Source: Centroscyllium fabricii | Taxonomy: Eukaryota | Direction: 5' to 3' | Assembly (NCBI GenBank): GCA_051313645.2 | Contig: JBNRSN020000004.1 | Span: 239,692,001 to 239,756,000, forward strand | DNA length: 64,000 nt | Shown: piece after piece, positions 52,231 through 64,000 of the stretch | Numbering within the stretch: the first letter of the stretch is position 1 | Layout of the letters: the number at the start of each line of letters is the position of its first letter | The notes under the pieces: generated by a model | The model's input: the letters and a program-made list of their open reading frames with translations, nothing else | The model's database searches: none | Told to the model about the DNA's origin: nothing | Made by a program: the position numbers and the translations under genes

Positions 52231-53370
52231 AATATGTAACAGTTTGTACTTATAACGCACACATCCCATAGCACAAGACTCTTTTAAAGTGGAAGGCACT
52301 CGAGGTTCTACCTATCACTTAAGTATGCAGCGAATGTTTGCTTCAATTTAACATGTACTTTGTTGGGGGAGGGGCAGCGTTCTCTTAACTCAAGAATGGA
52401 GAATTAAACACGGCGCCGTTGCTCAAATGCCTTTCAAGTTAAAACGTAATCCAAAACGATGCAGCCGTTGCCCATGTTTCGTGTTTAATCTAATAACTGG
52501 ATATTTAAATGGGAAAAACCTACACAATGAAATGTAGCGCATCCTCCGTGTATATTCTGAGTTAACGCTGCGGACACGGCTTTATTAACGATTAACATGG
52601 GAGAACTACGTGACAAAATGCTCTCCTTCAAAATATTGAGCAACCAAAACTAATTCTAATAAGACCGGTTGTTTAAAATGCACCGGGAAATCAAGATACA
52701 CCAATTATATTAAATTCAAACTGAAGAGTTGGACCAACTACTAATCATGGGAGGAAGGGGAAGCATTGCCAGCCAGTGACAGATGTACTCCAGTACCATC
52801 CATCTTATCAAATAATCATCACTGAAGTATAAACTACACGAGTTCCCGTCGAATAGGTTGATCATGGGATTGAAAGTGCAATCATTTAAGTTCTATTGAG
52901 AAAGTTTAATAAAATCCAGATTTGGCTCGTCATAATTTCGCTGCAGCATTGTATGTTTTGAAATGATCTCAATATATTTGCACAATTATTATCCAGAAAA
53001 CGGTGAACACTTTCAGTTGGTTTCCGAAAGGGAGGATAACGTAGAAAATGCCTAGATACGGTGGCGAGGTTATTTTTAATCTCGCTATTTCGTGGCATGG
53101 TAGTCGACAGAGAATGTTTATATTCAACATAATTGGAATTGCAGCGTCTCTGTTTAAATGATGATGGTCAGCAGCAGTGCAGAAAGTGTTCCCAAATCAT
53201 CGAGGTTTCTGTCACTTCCAGTCTCTAAAAGAAGTTTAAAGGAACGGCGTGTAGCTGTTTCTCAAGCGATTGTATGATCCCAGTATTAGAATAGTGTGAG
53301 AAATATAGAAAAAAAAGCAAGAAAATAAAGGAAGGGAAAGTAAAAGAAAACAATAAAGAGAAAGAGATAA

Positions 53371-53388
53371 AGAGAGAGAGAGAGAGAG
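53371..53388. repeat. (AG)n microsatellite in a purine-rich tract
   Basis: agagagagagagagagag. Confidence 0.85.
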
Positions 53389-55079
53389 GAATTATAAAGA
53401 ACAAAAAGGAGCATTTTAATAGTAAAATGATTGCTCTTAGCAGCTGCATCACTGCAGGAATTAGGTCCTGTGCCAGGAAAACAGGACAAACAACTTACGC
53501 CTGATTGACGCCTGATACGGTATGGTTTCGATTCCACTTATCACAATATCTGATATACAATTAAGTGACTGAAATTGAATTAAAAATCACCCTTTGTGAC
53601 GACCCATGTCAACCAAATAGTATTGGCTACATTTTTGCTCTCTTTATGCCTTTTCACCAGCAACCCTTCCTCATTTTGTGATATATGACTATAGCAGGAT
53701 GGTTTATCCCCATGCTTTCCGCCAAATTGCAGCAAGTCAATTCCAAATGCATTTGTAATATAGTTGATATTTATCTATCAAATAACACTTTTAACAATGT
53801 GCTAAATATTATAAAATAAATCGTATTTATGGATTTTAGCACCTTTAACAATGTGGCAGATATTATTAAATAATTCACATTTGATCCCTTTTCCATGTAT
53901 TTAAGTGTGCCAGATACTCATAAAACACATGTACTATTTTTCAATATGAAATCCAGTTCTGTAAATACTGTTCCTTCTCAATGAATACACATTTTGTAGC
54001 AAGTTAACACGAATCGGCTGCATTCGCGGGGGAAGTAAGAAGGCTGACATTTATTTAAATACTTTTGTATCACGGCTGGCAAACGGCAAAGAAAGAATGA
54101 GTGAATATCCTTATCTGTCTTATAAATGTCCTTTGATCTCAATTTATCTTTACTTGTGGCTGGCTAGAAATTTCCCTATTATTATAACAGGTAAACATTT
54201 TAATTGGTCACTGCGAATGGAAATTCAAACTGACTTCATTACTGTATAAGATGAGTTCGCAAAAGTAAAATGATTGATTTTACTGATCTCTCCTCTAGTG
54301 TTTATTTTAGTTACACGTATTATATCCAGAGAGAAAAGATGCGTTTGCTCAAATATTTATCACATCTTATCAAATCTCGGCGCTGGAATAATTTTGGACT
54401 GTCCTTCGGCATTATTCCTATTTGGTTTAACGAGTTATGTCATGAAGCAATACAAAGGCCATACAGATGTTTCCTTTTCACTATAAAAATGCTGCTGCTG
54501 CTTATTTCTTTAAATGTTATTTTCGTATTGGTTGAAAACACCTTGAGATTGTATGTGTGTAGTGCAATTCAAAAAAGGTATAGCTCTAGTCCATCCTGAT
54601 GTCAGGTTTTGCTCAATCGGTCACTGTTTTGACAGAAAGTACATTTTCATTGATAAGAGATACAGATTATAAAAAGGTGAACTGTAAAAACATCTATGCA
54701 AAGGTAACTTCTACCGCAGGCACAATAATCAAATGCACAAATATACAGCCACCGACATTTCGAATATTTTATGTCGTACAGCCTATAATTATGTGAATTG
54801 TTTATTTTGTTAAATGCAAAAGCCAACAGTTTTGGCTTTGTCTTGTTTTGTGTATGTGCAAAATATCGCCTTTTCCAGTCTGGTAATGCGTTTTCATTTG
54901 CACCCACTTATGTGATGCCCAATACATAACTGGTCTATTTTGTGCACCGCTGGTATTTTGTTATTTTGATAAATTTATTTTATTCCAATCACTCGTTCAC
55001 GTAAATACCCAAACGTTGCTTTATTAGACTAATGGAGTATCTACCTTTTTTATTCTTCAGATGTTTATCAGCCACTTTG

Positions 55080-55225
55080 CATATCACGGGGTCAGCTCGC
55101 AGCCAATCAGGAGGCAACTTTCAGCGACACTGGCGCGTCAATGCTGCTAAGTCTGAGAGATTCAGTATCTCTTTTCAGTCTTGGGGGCTTTTAAAACGGC
55201 CACTAGTCTCAATGTTGGACGTGAT
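55080..55225 (+). promoter_or_regulatory. HoxA13 proximal promoter / 5' UTR
   Basis: CCAAT box (agccaatca ~55101), CpG-rich, TATA-like ttttaaaa ~55189, directly upstream of ATG 55226. Confidence 0.55.
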
Positions 55226-55874
55226 ATGACAGCGTCAGTGATACTTCATCCCCGCTGGATCGACACGGTGATGTTCGTCTACGACAATAGTTTGGATGAA
55301 ATTAATAAAAACATGGATGGATTTCCAGGAGGGAACTTTACAGCAAATCAATGCAGGAATTTGATGGCCCATCCAGCATCCCTAGCCCCCAGCTCTGCCT
55401 ACTCGTCGAGTGAAGTGCCAGCCCCTGGTATTGCTGAACCTGTCAAACAGTGTAGTCCTTGTCCTGCTGTTCAAACTTCGTCTAGTGCTTCCCTTCCTTA
55501 TGGATACTTTGGGAGCAGTTACTATCCCTGCCGAATGAGCCACCATAGCAGCATCAAGTCCTGTGCTCAGCCCTCCACCTTGTCTGGCTATCCTGCCGAC
55601 AAATATATGGACACGTCCGCCGGCGAGGAATTCACCTCCAGAGCCAAGGAGTTCGCTTTCTACCAAGGTTACGCGGGACCATACCAGCCGATGCCCAGCT
55701 ATTTGGACGTACCTGTGGTTCCCACCATCAGCGCTCCGGGAGAACCGAGACACGAAACATTATTACCCATGGAGAGCTACCAGCCCTGGGCAATTACCAA
55801 TGGGTGGAACGGTCAAGTCTGCTGTTCAAAAGAGCAGCCCCAAGCTACGCACCTCTGGAAATCCAGCCTGCCAG
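55226..55874 (+). CDS. HoxA13: Homeobox protein Hox-A13, exon 1
   Basis: [70 protein letters not shown] is the Hox13 N-terminal domain, A13 type. Donor G|GTAAGT at 55875. Confidence 0.96.
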
Positions 55875-56298
55875 GTAAGTATAGATAAAAAGCAACGCGC
55901 TTTCAATTATCTCGACAAACGAGTTTAATGAAGGGAACAAAGCATTCTGATGTGTAAATACGTACGGGTACCTGGATAATATATAACATGGATTATAATT
56001 AAGAAATTATACTCGTAATTCCCCAATACAAGTAATACTATATAATCATTTATTTTAATGTTTAGTGTATTGCCTAAATATTATTTTGCATGATTTTTCA
56101 TAACGACCTCACAATTCTCACGCATTTTTCAAAATTATATTTTCTGCTATATCATTTATTGCAAAACGTATAGTCTATATAACGTCTCCCTGGTGTGATC
56201 TTGAACTTGATTCCGGCGACAGTGTCCGCTTTTAAACTTTCATTTGGTGGCAAGTGCTAAATGCCATGGATGGTAAGGTATGCTATTTCTCTTCACAG

Positions 56299-56543
56299 AC
56301 GTCGTTTCGCATCCTTCGGATGCGAGCTCTTTTCGGCGTGGGAGAAAGAAAAGAGTGCCTTATACCAAAGTGCAGTTGAAAGAACTTGAGCGGGAATATG
56401 CTACCAATAAATTCATTACCAAGGACAAACGAAGGAGGATATCGGCATCAACGAACCTCTCCGAGAGACAAGTCACTATTTGGTTTCAAAACAGACGAGT
56501 CAAAGAAAAGAAAGTTCTTACCAAACTGAAAAGTAACAGCTAG
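56299..56543 (+). CDS. HoxA13: Homeobox protein Hox-A13, exon 2 (homeodomain); spliced product 297 aa
   Basis: Acceptor ttcacAG at 56297-56298, phase 1. '[72 protein letters not shown]' carries A13-diagnostic DVVSHPSD and EREYATNK. Intron is 424 bp. Confidence 0.96.
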
Positions 56544-56868
56544 TGCGACAATTCCAGAAACGTTCGGACTTCTTTTGAAAATGTAAAAAAGAACTGATCT
56601 CAGCCCGGAGAAAAAAAATCCCACCTCAGATCATTTTCTTGATGCTAGATTTTTTTTCTTTCTGCCTGCACATTACTTTAAAAAAAAACGAAACACACAA
56701 GTAAATATCTAGGAGAGAGATTGTATAAAAATGTTGTTGAAGCAAACTAATTATTCACCAAAAGTAAATCAAACCCATTAATCAAGAATCTCGAGGGTTA
56801 CTATTTTTAAATGTAGTAAACATACGGGGTTAATTGGTTTAGTGCATATAAAATATATCACTTAAAAG

Positions 56869-57035
56869 AATAAATGTACCAATTTGATTTATACAGTACC
56901 TTCGCATAAACGGCATCAAAGCACCTGAAGAAAATGTGTATTGCTGAAAAAGGGTCTGGTTAATAAAGAAAACTAGACTGCATGCTATTTTTTCCTCAGG
57001 TAAACCATGGGATATATCGTGAAATGTTTAATAAA
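56869..57035 (+). terminator. Candidate polyadenylation signals of HoxA13
   Basis: AATAAA at ~56869, ~56962 and 57030-57035. Which one is used cannot be determined. Confidence 0.35.
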
Positions 57036-58109
57036 ATGTATGTTTACGCACTACATTTTCTTTGGTAGGGATGCGCTATCTCTAAAGATATTAATGTACA
57101 GGTAGAAGGAAGAATATATTCTAAACAGCAATGTATATGGGACAGTAAATACATACTATTCTAGGACTCTACATTTTGTCTTATGTATATATTTAGGAGC
57201 ATCGACGCCTTTCGCAATTAAACAACAAAGCAGATTACCATTTTCTACAAAGCGGAATAAAGATCTGTCTACAAACATGGAAACCCCCCTCCCGTGTAAA
57301 TTAACTAATTATTAAGTCTTTTTTGTCTGCTTGTTATATTTTCCACCTCACATAGGATTAGACTCCACGCAGACTTAAGGCGCATAGCTTCCTTCCTAAA
57401 GATGACAACATCTGTGTGCAATTGTATTTTTTTTAAATACCGCATTGTATATCTGCTTGCACCTCCCCTGCTTAGTTAATATATACCAATTATAGTTACA
57501 AAATTAAATCACGAATGATAATCATGAAATTAAGATATGTCTTGCATTACTATTATGCAGCTGTTTAATCTGTATACCCTATTCTCTTTATTCGTCTCGT
57601 GAATTACTTGCATTAAAACAAATTATTTCACGAATAAAAAGGTCTTTATAAACAACAGCGTCGCATTTTTTGTTAAGAAACATGACGCCAGCTAAAACAT
57701 TTTAAAACGAAAATGTAGAGAATATGGGCCAAGTAGATGTGTTCTTGATGTCAGCTAGGCCATTTGTTTAAAATGCCTTGAAAACATGCTTTCGTACTAA
57801 CGTTCTTAGAAATAATCAAGACATTTGCTAAGAATAAAAGGTATCCGTGAATATTCCCTGCTGTTTTTAATTGAAAACATTACTACCAGTGGAATCCCTA
57901 AGTTTGTGTGAAAATGTGCTGAAAGTTTAAAAGCATTAAGCATTAGAGTCTCCATATTCTGATTGGAAATATACACTCTGCTTTTGGTTTGTATATGGGG
58001 GCAGGGCGTTAGGAGAGGGGCTTAAACCTTGACCTTGACGAAAACAGATAGTCTTTGACCTTGACGATTAACAGCCTATGAATAGTCATGAAGTGCATTG
58101 GTAGAACAA

Positions 58110-58128
58110 GTGCGCCATCTACTGTCAC
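58110..58128 (-). promoter_or_regulatory. CTCF core motif between HoxA13 and the next 3' Hox gene
   Basis: gtgcgccatctactgtc; the reverse complement GACAGTAGATGGCGCAC fits the CCASYAGRKGGCR consensus closely. Confidence 0.6.
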
Positions 58129-61100
58129 ATCTGCGGATATTCATTTATACGGGGTTTGAGCAGGCGAGCAACCTAACGTATTTGTTTCAACAATAAACAA
58201 GCAGTGGGTGAACTGTGGCCGTCAAATGTTGGTCATTAACACTAACAACGAAATATGCATTGTCCAAATTGTGTGAAAGCGCAGAGAAATTATTTTAAAA
58301 GTTCGAATTTCGACGAGTCGCCAGTAATAATTTACTATATATATGTAAACAATAAAACCTACTAAAACAATCACCAAGCTTTTGGTGTACTAAAAATCAC
58401 AAGTGAGAAGGTGTAGAATCAATATAAAGAAAGAGCTATGGTAACATATTTTGTAAATTAATTTCCACGGATAATTTAGATTTCAGCCGCTCTAAAATAA
58501 CTAAAGAAAAGGTAGCCAGACTGACCATGCAAAGATGATCACTATCATATTTGTGAAATGCATAGTTTTATTTTAATGATGTTTAAAAATATATATTTGC
58601 TGAGTCAGTCTATAGCGTCTATGTATCCATCCTTCCATAACTCTATCTGCCTTTATCTGCGTCTCTTTCTATTTGCTTCAGTTTTATCAATTCAATTCCA
58701 TACTCATGTACACAATATCTGATAAAATAGTTGTACAAAACGAAAGCAATCACTTAGCTGTTTTCCCCCTGTAAATGGTATTATGGAATTTCGTTAGAAA
58801 CAACTCAAAATTTTAAGAATTGTGTCTATATATTTATAAAGCATGCAGTCTATATTAATATCAAATAGAAACTGTGGGAAATTGTATGTGAAATTCCATA
58901 ATCTGTTCTTTTTGTAGGAGGTAGAAGTGTAAAACTATTATTTAATCTGCCTTTGTACTTTTGCATCAACCAAGATTAGAAGCTATTTACCACAATTTTT
59001 CATTTTTTAAATACAGAATTACAGATAAATTCACTAGACATGGAAACGGTATTCCGTTTTTATCGCAGGCGTTGTAAAAATGCGCTCTTTGCAATTATTA
59101 ATTGTGACCAAGCTAAGCAGGCTCGTTTATGTAACCGATGAATTTTTGTAACATTTATTTCCAATCAATGTTAAATGGGTAATGTCCCGCACAGCTTCTG
59201 TCCTTTCTTAATACAGCCCAAACCGCAATCCATGTGTTGCCTATTGCAAAATGAAAGCTGATTTGTCAAAATGTTGTGGGATTATAAAATTCTACACTCA
59301 TCACATGACGCATTCGAACCAATCACGGCATCCTCTTATAAAGTCCGACTAAATATTTGTTGGAAAACACTTGAAAAGAACCACCCACATTCTCTCTGAT
59401 CAAGGCAGGTCTAATGATCAGCTTATAGTTGTTTACTAGATGCACTGAGTTTAGAAATATCGCAAGATTTCTATTTACACGGAAGAGGAATAGATAATTA
59501 ATTCGTGTTTTATTAGTTATGATTAATCGTTGTTGATTGGTGCGATCAAAACAGATGTAACTAACAATTGTCAGTGTTTTCCAAAGAAATCAACCGAGTG
59601 CAAACATTTCTTTCCGGCTGTTTTTTTGCCGTTCTTGGGCTTTAAGTAAAATATTCTAAAGGAAAACGGCTACACGTAGCCATTGAGCAGTGACTGGGAC
59701 ATTTCAGATACTCGATTCAATTCTTGTTATTAATTTATTGCAAGATAAAGGTTCAAGTAAAGTTAACCATCTAGTCAATGTTACCCCGCGATATAAGCAC
59801 AGCAAAGCAGAAAATGCAATCATTTGAAACTGGAATTCCAGAATATACTCATTTAGGCTTCGGTTCTTGCAATCGTTCTGCGTCAATGGATTCATCTTGA
59901 ACTGTGAATCTCCATTTACAGTAAATAAACCTACCATTTATGAGTGCAGTGGTGATCACGAGCGATTAACCTAACTTATTGTAAAAACGATAATGCATTT
60001 TGGATGATTGAATTTGTGTTGCGAAATAACCCCAGTAAGGGTCTCCTGTGCGGTCCTCACGGTGAAGCTCGCACATGTTACTTTAGAATGCCATAAAAGA
60101 CTTGTAATTTCGATAGAAATACACAAAACAAAACATTATTAATCGAACTTAAAGGAAATCATGCGCTGTATCGACCATAATTATACCAGCGCCTATCATT
60201 CTATGATATATTAGCACACATTCGAAAAAAAAACAAAGCAGCATTTGACGAGAACTGAAGGCGTATTAAGGCCTGGAAATTTCATCAATGCAGTTTTAGA
60301 TTTAATTTCGCTTCTCTTATCGCCACCTTTTTTAAATATGCAAAGGTTCACATCATTGTGTCGATATCCAAATTAAATTAACTTGGAGTGATTGTTCTAT
60401 TTGCAGCCGTGTGTTTATTTACCTTGATAAAATGGTATAGTTGATTTATTTTTGTTTCCTTACTTTCACTCGGCTGCAGCCACACTATCAAGCCTAAGGC
60501 TATACATAATTCATTATATGAGATACTATATATATATATAAACACTACAAAACGCGTTTTAATTTTTTGCGTTTATTGCTAAGCAGAGCGTCTTATTATA
60601 CAGTTAAATGTATCCAAAATTAATATTCTTAATAATAAGAAACAAATAAACAAATGTTTAACTTCTAGTGTGAATTATTACAAAATGATATTTAATGAAT
60701 TCAACGAAGAACCTCGGGCTGCTTAAAGGCGATTTTTAATTTAACGTACTATTGCCTAATGAACAGTATGCATAGCTTTTTGAAAGGGCTACCTATATTT
60801 CTAAACAAAATTACATCAAACTGACTTTAAAATTGTTGAATTTATTTTAAAAATTATAACCAAATATCATCAAGCCACTTCGATCCAAAAATGAACTTGT
60901 TTTTATAAATGAAAAATAAAGCGGAACCTTAATGCTATATATGTCTGGTTCTAGTTAAGTCAAAGGTGCTTGGTTGTACACGTTGACTCGTTGTTTTACT
61001 TTCATTTAGAATAGAATATACCCACAGTGAAAAAGTAGTGCCTACTAGATAAGACATTGCTGACAACATGGATTGGAAAAGTATAACCCTTTAGAAATGG

Positions 61101-64000
61101 GATATGTCGGAAACAATCGCGGTATCGGAGACCTACTTTAGTCGTTTATATATCCAATATATTGCACAAATAATAAATTGCATTTTGTAAAATGGAAATA
61201 TATAGTACACAAACAAGGCCATTTATGCAACCTCAATCATTGAATTTACAGACTACCTGCCACAGTATAACCTTTGCGAATATCAATTCTGTGTGCGCAT
61301 ATTAATGGCTGCATATCAACATGAAATATATCCGATTTTTTTATATATCTGTATACTAAACGGATATATTCCATGCTGATATATACATAATAATTAAATA
61401 ATTAAATACTTTGTTAAGTCTAAAAAGGTTTGTTAAAAATAAAAAGTCCACTATTTAGTTAAAGCTCAAACCCTTTTCAGGAATCTGAACAGATCTTAAT
61501 ATAGGAAGTCACATAAAAAAATAATGCAGGCTGTGTTATTCAATACTCATAAAAAATCTATGCACACACATATTTGGGGCAGGTTCTGCTGCAGGATATT
61601 TCGGGTGTGTGTAATGTTACACTTTTAACTGACTAATGGGTTTTAAGTTTACAAACTAACTTAAGGGATGATTAAAGTATTATACGTCTAATATATTTTA
61701 GTGCAATTTGCTGGAAAATATATTTCAGTTCGCGGGAATCTTTTTTAATATTGCTATTGCTAAAAATTAAATTGGAGCATTGCAAACGCTCTTAAGTATT
61801 TTCTAGTTAACTATATGATGTTGTCAGTATAATTCCACTTAACAATATAAAATCACAAATCCAAAAAATAGCTTTAATATACCGTAATACATTTGGTATG
61901 ATGTATAACTCGAGACTTCCTTAAAATTACACGTCCAACTGTTACATTTAGGGGATGTTCTATGTTGGACATAAAATGATTCATTACGTCTTAATTGTAT
62001 TATTATTTTTGCATCTCGAAATGCAAGTCTGAGATTAAAGTAATGACTATGTGTCACGAAAAGCACAAAAAAAACCCTGATTTTTAATTTTTATTTTCAT
62101 TCTTTAATAGAGTGAATGTAATGTCTGTGACGGTTTATGAAATATTGAATCGCTTTGAATTGTATTTTTCGCATGGTCTTACAGCTCAGTTTCCAGTCGT
62201 GTCGTGATGCTCTTTAATGGTTTGCCGAAATAATACAGGCCGAAATGTTCTTCAGTATAATCAACGTCGAAGATTTGTCCAGCTCCATCTATTATTCTGA
62301 CGTTATTTATGCATCGTATTTGGAATGTGATATGCGTCTCACTTCTTTGTTAATGTGATTTGTTTTCAAATAGTTAATGAATTAGCAGTAAAACTTTAGC
62401 TTTGTATTTCTACATGGACGGATCTAAACAGATAAAATAAACGTTTCAATGGTAAATTCGTTCACAGTTGTGTGAAAGCATACTCTTAAAAAACTGAAGC
62501 AGCATATTGTGATATGAACTTTGCCCATTCAGCTCAAAGCATTTATTACGTTCTACAATCAGAAAAATATATAACGGCATTCAGAGCCACTGTCATCCAA
62601 AGTAATTTACATAACTCATTAATAAAGCATTAGAATGGGTGCTCATGCAATTCGTTAATTGTAGCTTTCATTAAAACACAGTCCACCCCGTCTCTTCTCA
62701 GATGCACGCAGTCGCGGTCAGTCTTGTTGACATTTAACACAATTTCAGTATGTCAATGTAATTCCATATGTTCTTTCAGTTGAAAGGGATTCAGTCATTT
62801 TTCACATTCTCAGCTTAGTGAGCACACATTCGACGTGTGTGGGTCCTAAATGTTCATCTAGGAGACAACTGCATCACACCACGGCTTGGAATATGCTAAC
62901 CTGCCAAAGATTAGGTGCAATTAGAAGACTGCGCTGCTGTGTTGATATGGGTACACCAACTGGGCACTGGACAGATAGAAGGCTTCAGAAAATGTTCCGA
63001 GCTCACCGCACCTGCGCATTCTGAAGTGCCGGCTATTTATTGAAAGATTGACGATTAGAAAGCTGGAAACATGCAGGAAAACAGTTCATGTACTCATGTT
63101 ACAGCTTTTGCTACAGGTTGAGGTGAGTAGGGCGCCTTTTAATGAAGAGAATTCTGAAATTCCGAGCTGTGTTCATCTAGCCAAGTTCAAAGTAAGGCGC
63201 TCTCAAGTTCAAACCCGGCCAGTTCAGGTGAAACTCGGCATCCCTTCTAGCTATTTCAATCTTCATGACTACTTGGCCCAGCTTTTATACTGCAACAGAG
63301 GAGAGGCGCCAGTTAACACAAATGTAACTATTATATGCTTTCGTGAAGTATAACACTGCCGAAAATTACCACTGAACTATTATTGGGTTTACTTAACATA
63401 TTTATTTTTATATTTCATGAGTCCCGCTTTGAAGCACTAAACCTACAGCTGAAACGTTTCTTTGTCGGCAACGGGCACAACTCCAAATTATTTTTTGCCG
63501 TGCATGCCAAGTTCAAACCATTAGATGAACTACTCACCCTCCTCTAACTGGTATTTCGTATAAAAGTGATAATGAATGTTTGATTCAAAATAAAATCGCA
63601 CGTGTAAGACTGAAAAATGTTCAGAGTTGAAACATTGTTCGCGTGTATTTGTAAATGAAACACCAATGATACGACGATTAGACCTAAATTATTCAAAAGG
63701 GAAGTTTCAATATTAATTAATGTCTCATTTATTTAGCCATGCAGTGTTAAAAAAAGCACCGGCTCAGCGTTTTCTTCATGACTTATTAGGCAGCTTGACA
63801 TATTTGGGTTCCAAATTGTGGAATTTATTGAAATAATTGCATAAAGTATATTACGTGAAAGAGTTTCAATAATTTTATTGGGAAAATATGCAGACGTTAA
63901 AAAGAATTCGGAATCAAAGTAGGACATATTTACCATAACAAGACTGAAACATTCCGAATTGCCAATATTATAGATACACGCATTCCTTTTCATCGTATAG

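Noticed and set aside
55181-55225. N-terminal extension [15 protein letters not shown] in the ORF track
   Set aside because: It starts at TTG. The conserved Hox13 start is MTASV at ATG 55226.
55226-56543. Assignment as HoxB13, HoxC13 or HoxD13
   Set aside because: [17 protein letters not shown] and [19 protein letters not shown] match A13, and the recalled B13, C13 and D13 diagnostic residues are absent.
62790-63350. Possible Hox11 or Hox12 exon remnant ('FDVCGS*MF', donor gaggtgagt ~63120)
   Set aside because: Only a few residues resemble Hox11 and there is no continuing motif. HoxA11 probably lies beyond the window.

Overview
Vertebrate genomic DNA, most likely from a shark or ray, inferred from HE1-like and Deu-domain SINEs and the Hox13 sequence. 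It spans the 5' (posterior) end of a HoxA cluster. Bases 1 to ~42 kb are a dense, nested set of decayed transposons: a full-length Gypsy LTR element with TSD, PBS and PPT; several PIF/Harbinger remnants; CR1 and L2 LINEs; tRNA-derived SINEs; MITEs; solo LTRs; and Penelope-type ends carrying minimal hammerhead ribozyme motifs. From ~42 kb the DNA switches abruptly to almost repeat-free, AT-rich but CpG-retaining sequence. This part holds an intact two-exon HoxA13 gene (55226-56543, +, 297 aa). About 7 kb upstream lies a decayed Hox14-type pseudogene that the ORF track does not show. Its homeobox is split by the paralogue-14 intron (48102-48452) and has a stop codon, a frameshift and dead splice sites. 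Candidate NR6A1/GCNF DR0 motifs and a CTCF motif flank HoxA13, and there is a very weak possible HoxA12 ghost downstream. All calls are by eye and from recalled family knowledge; no searches were run.
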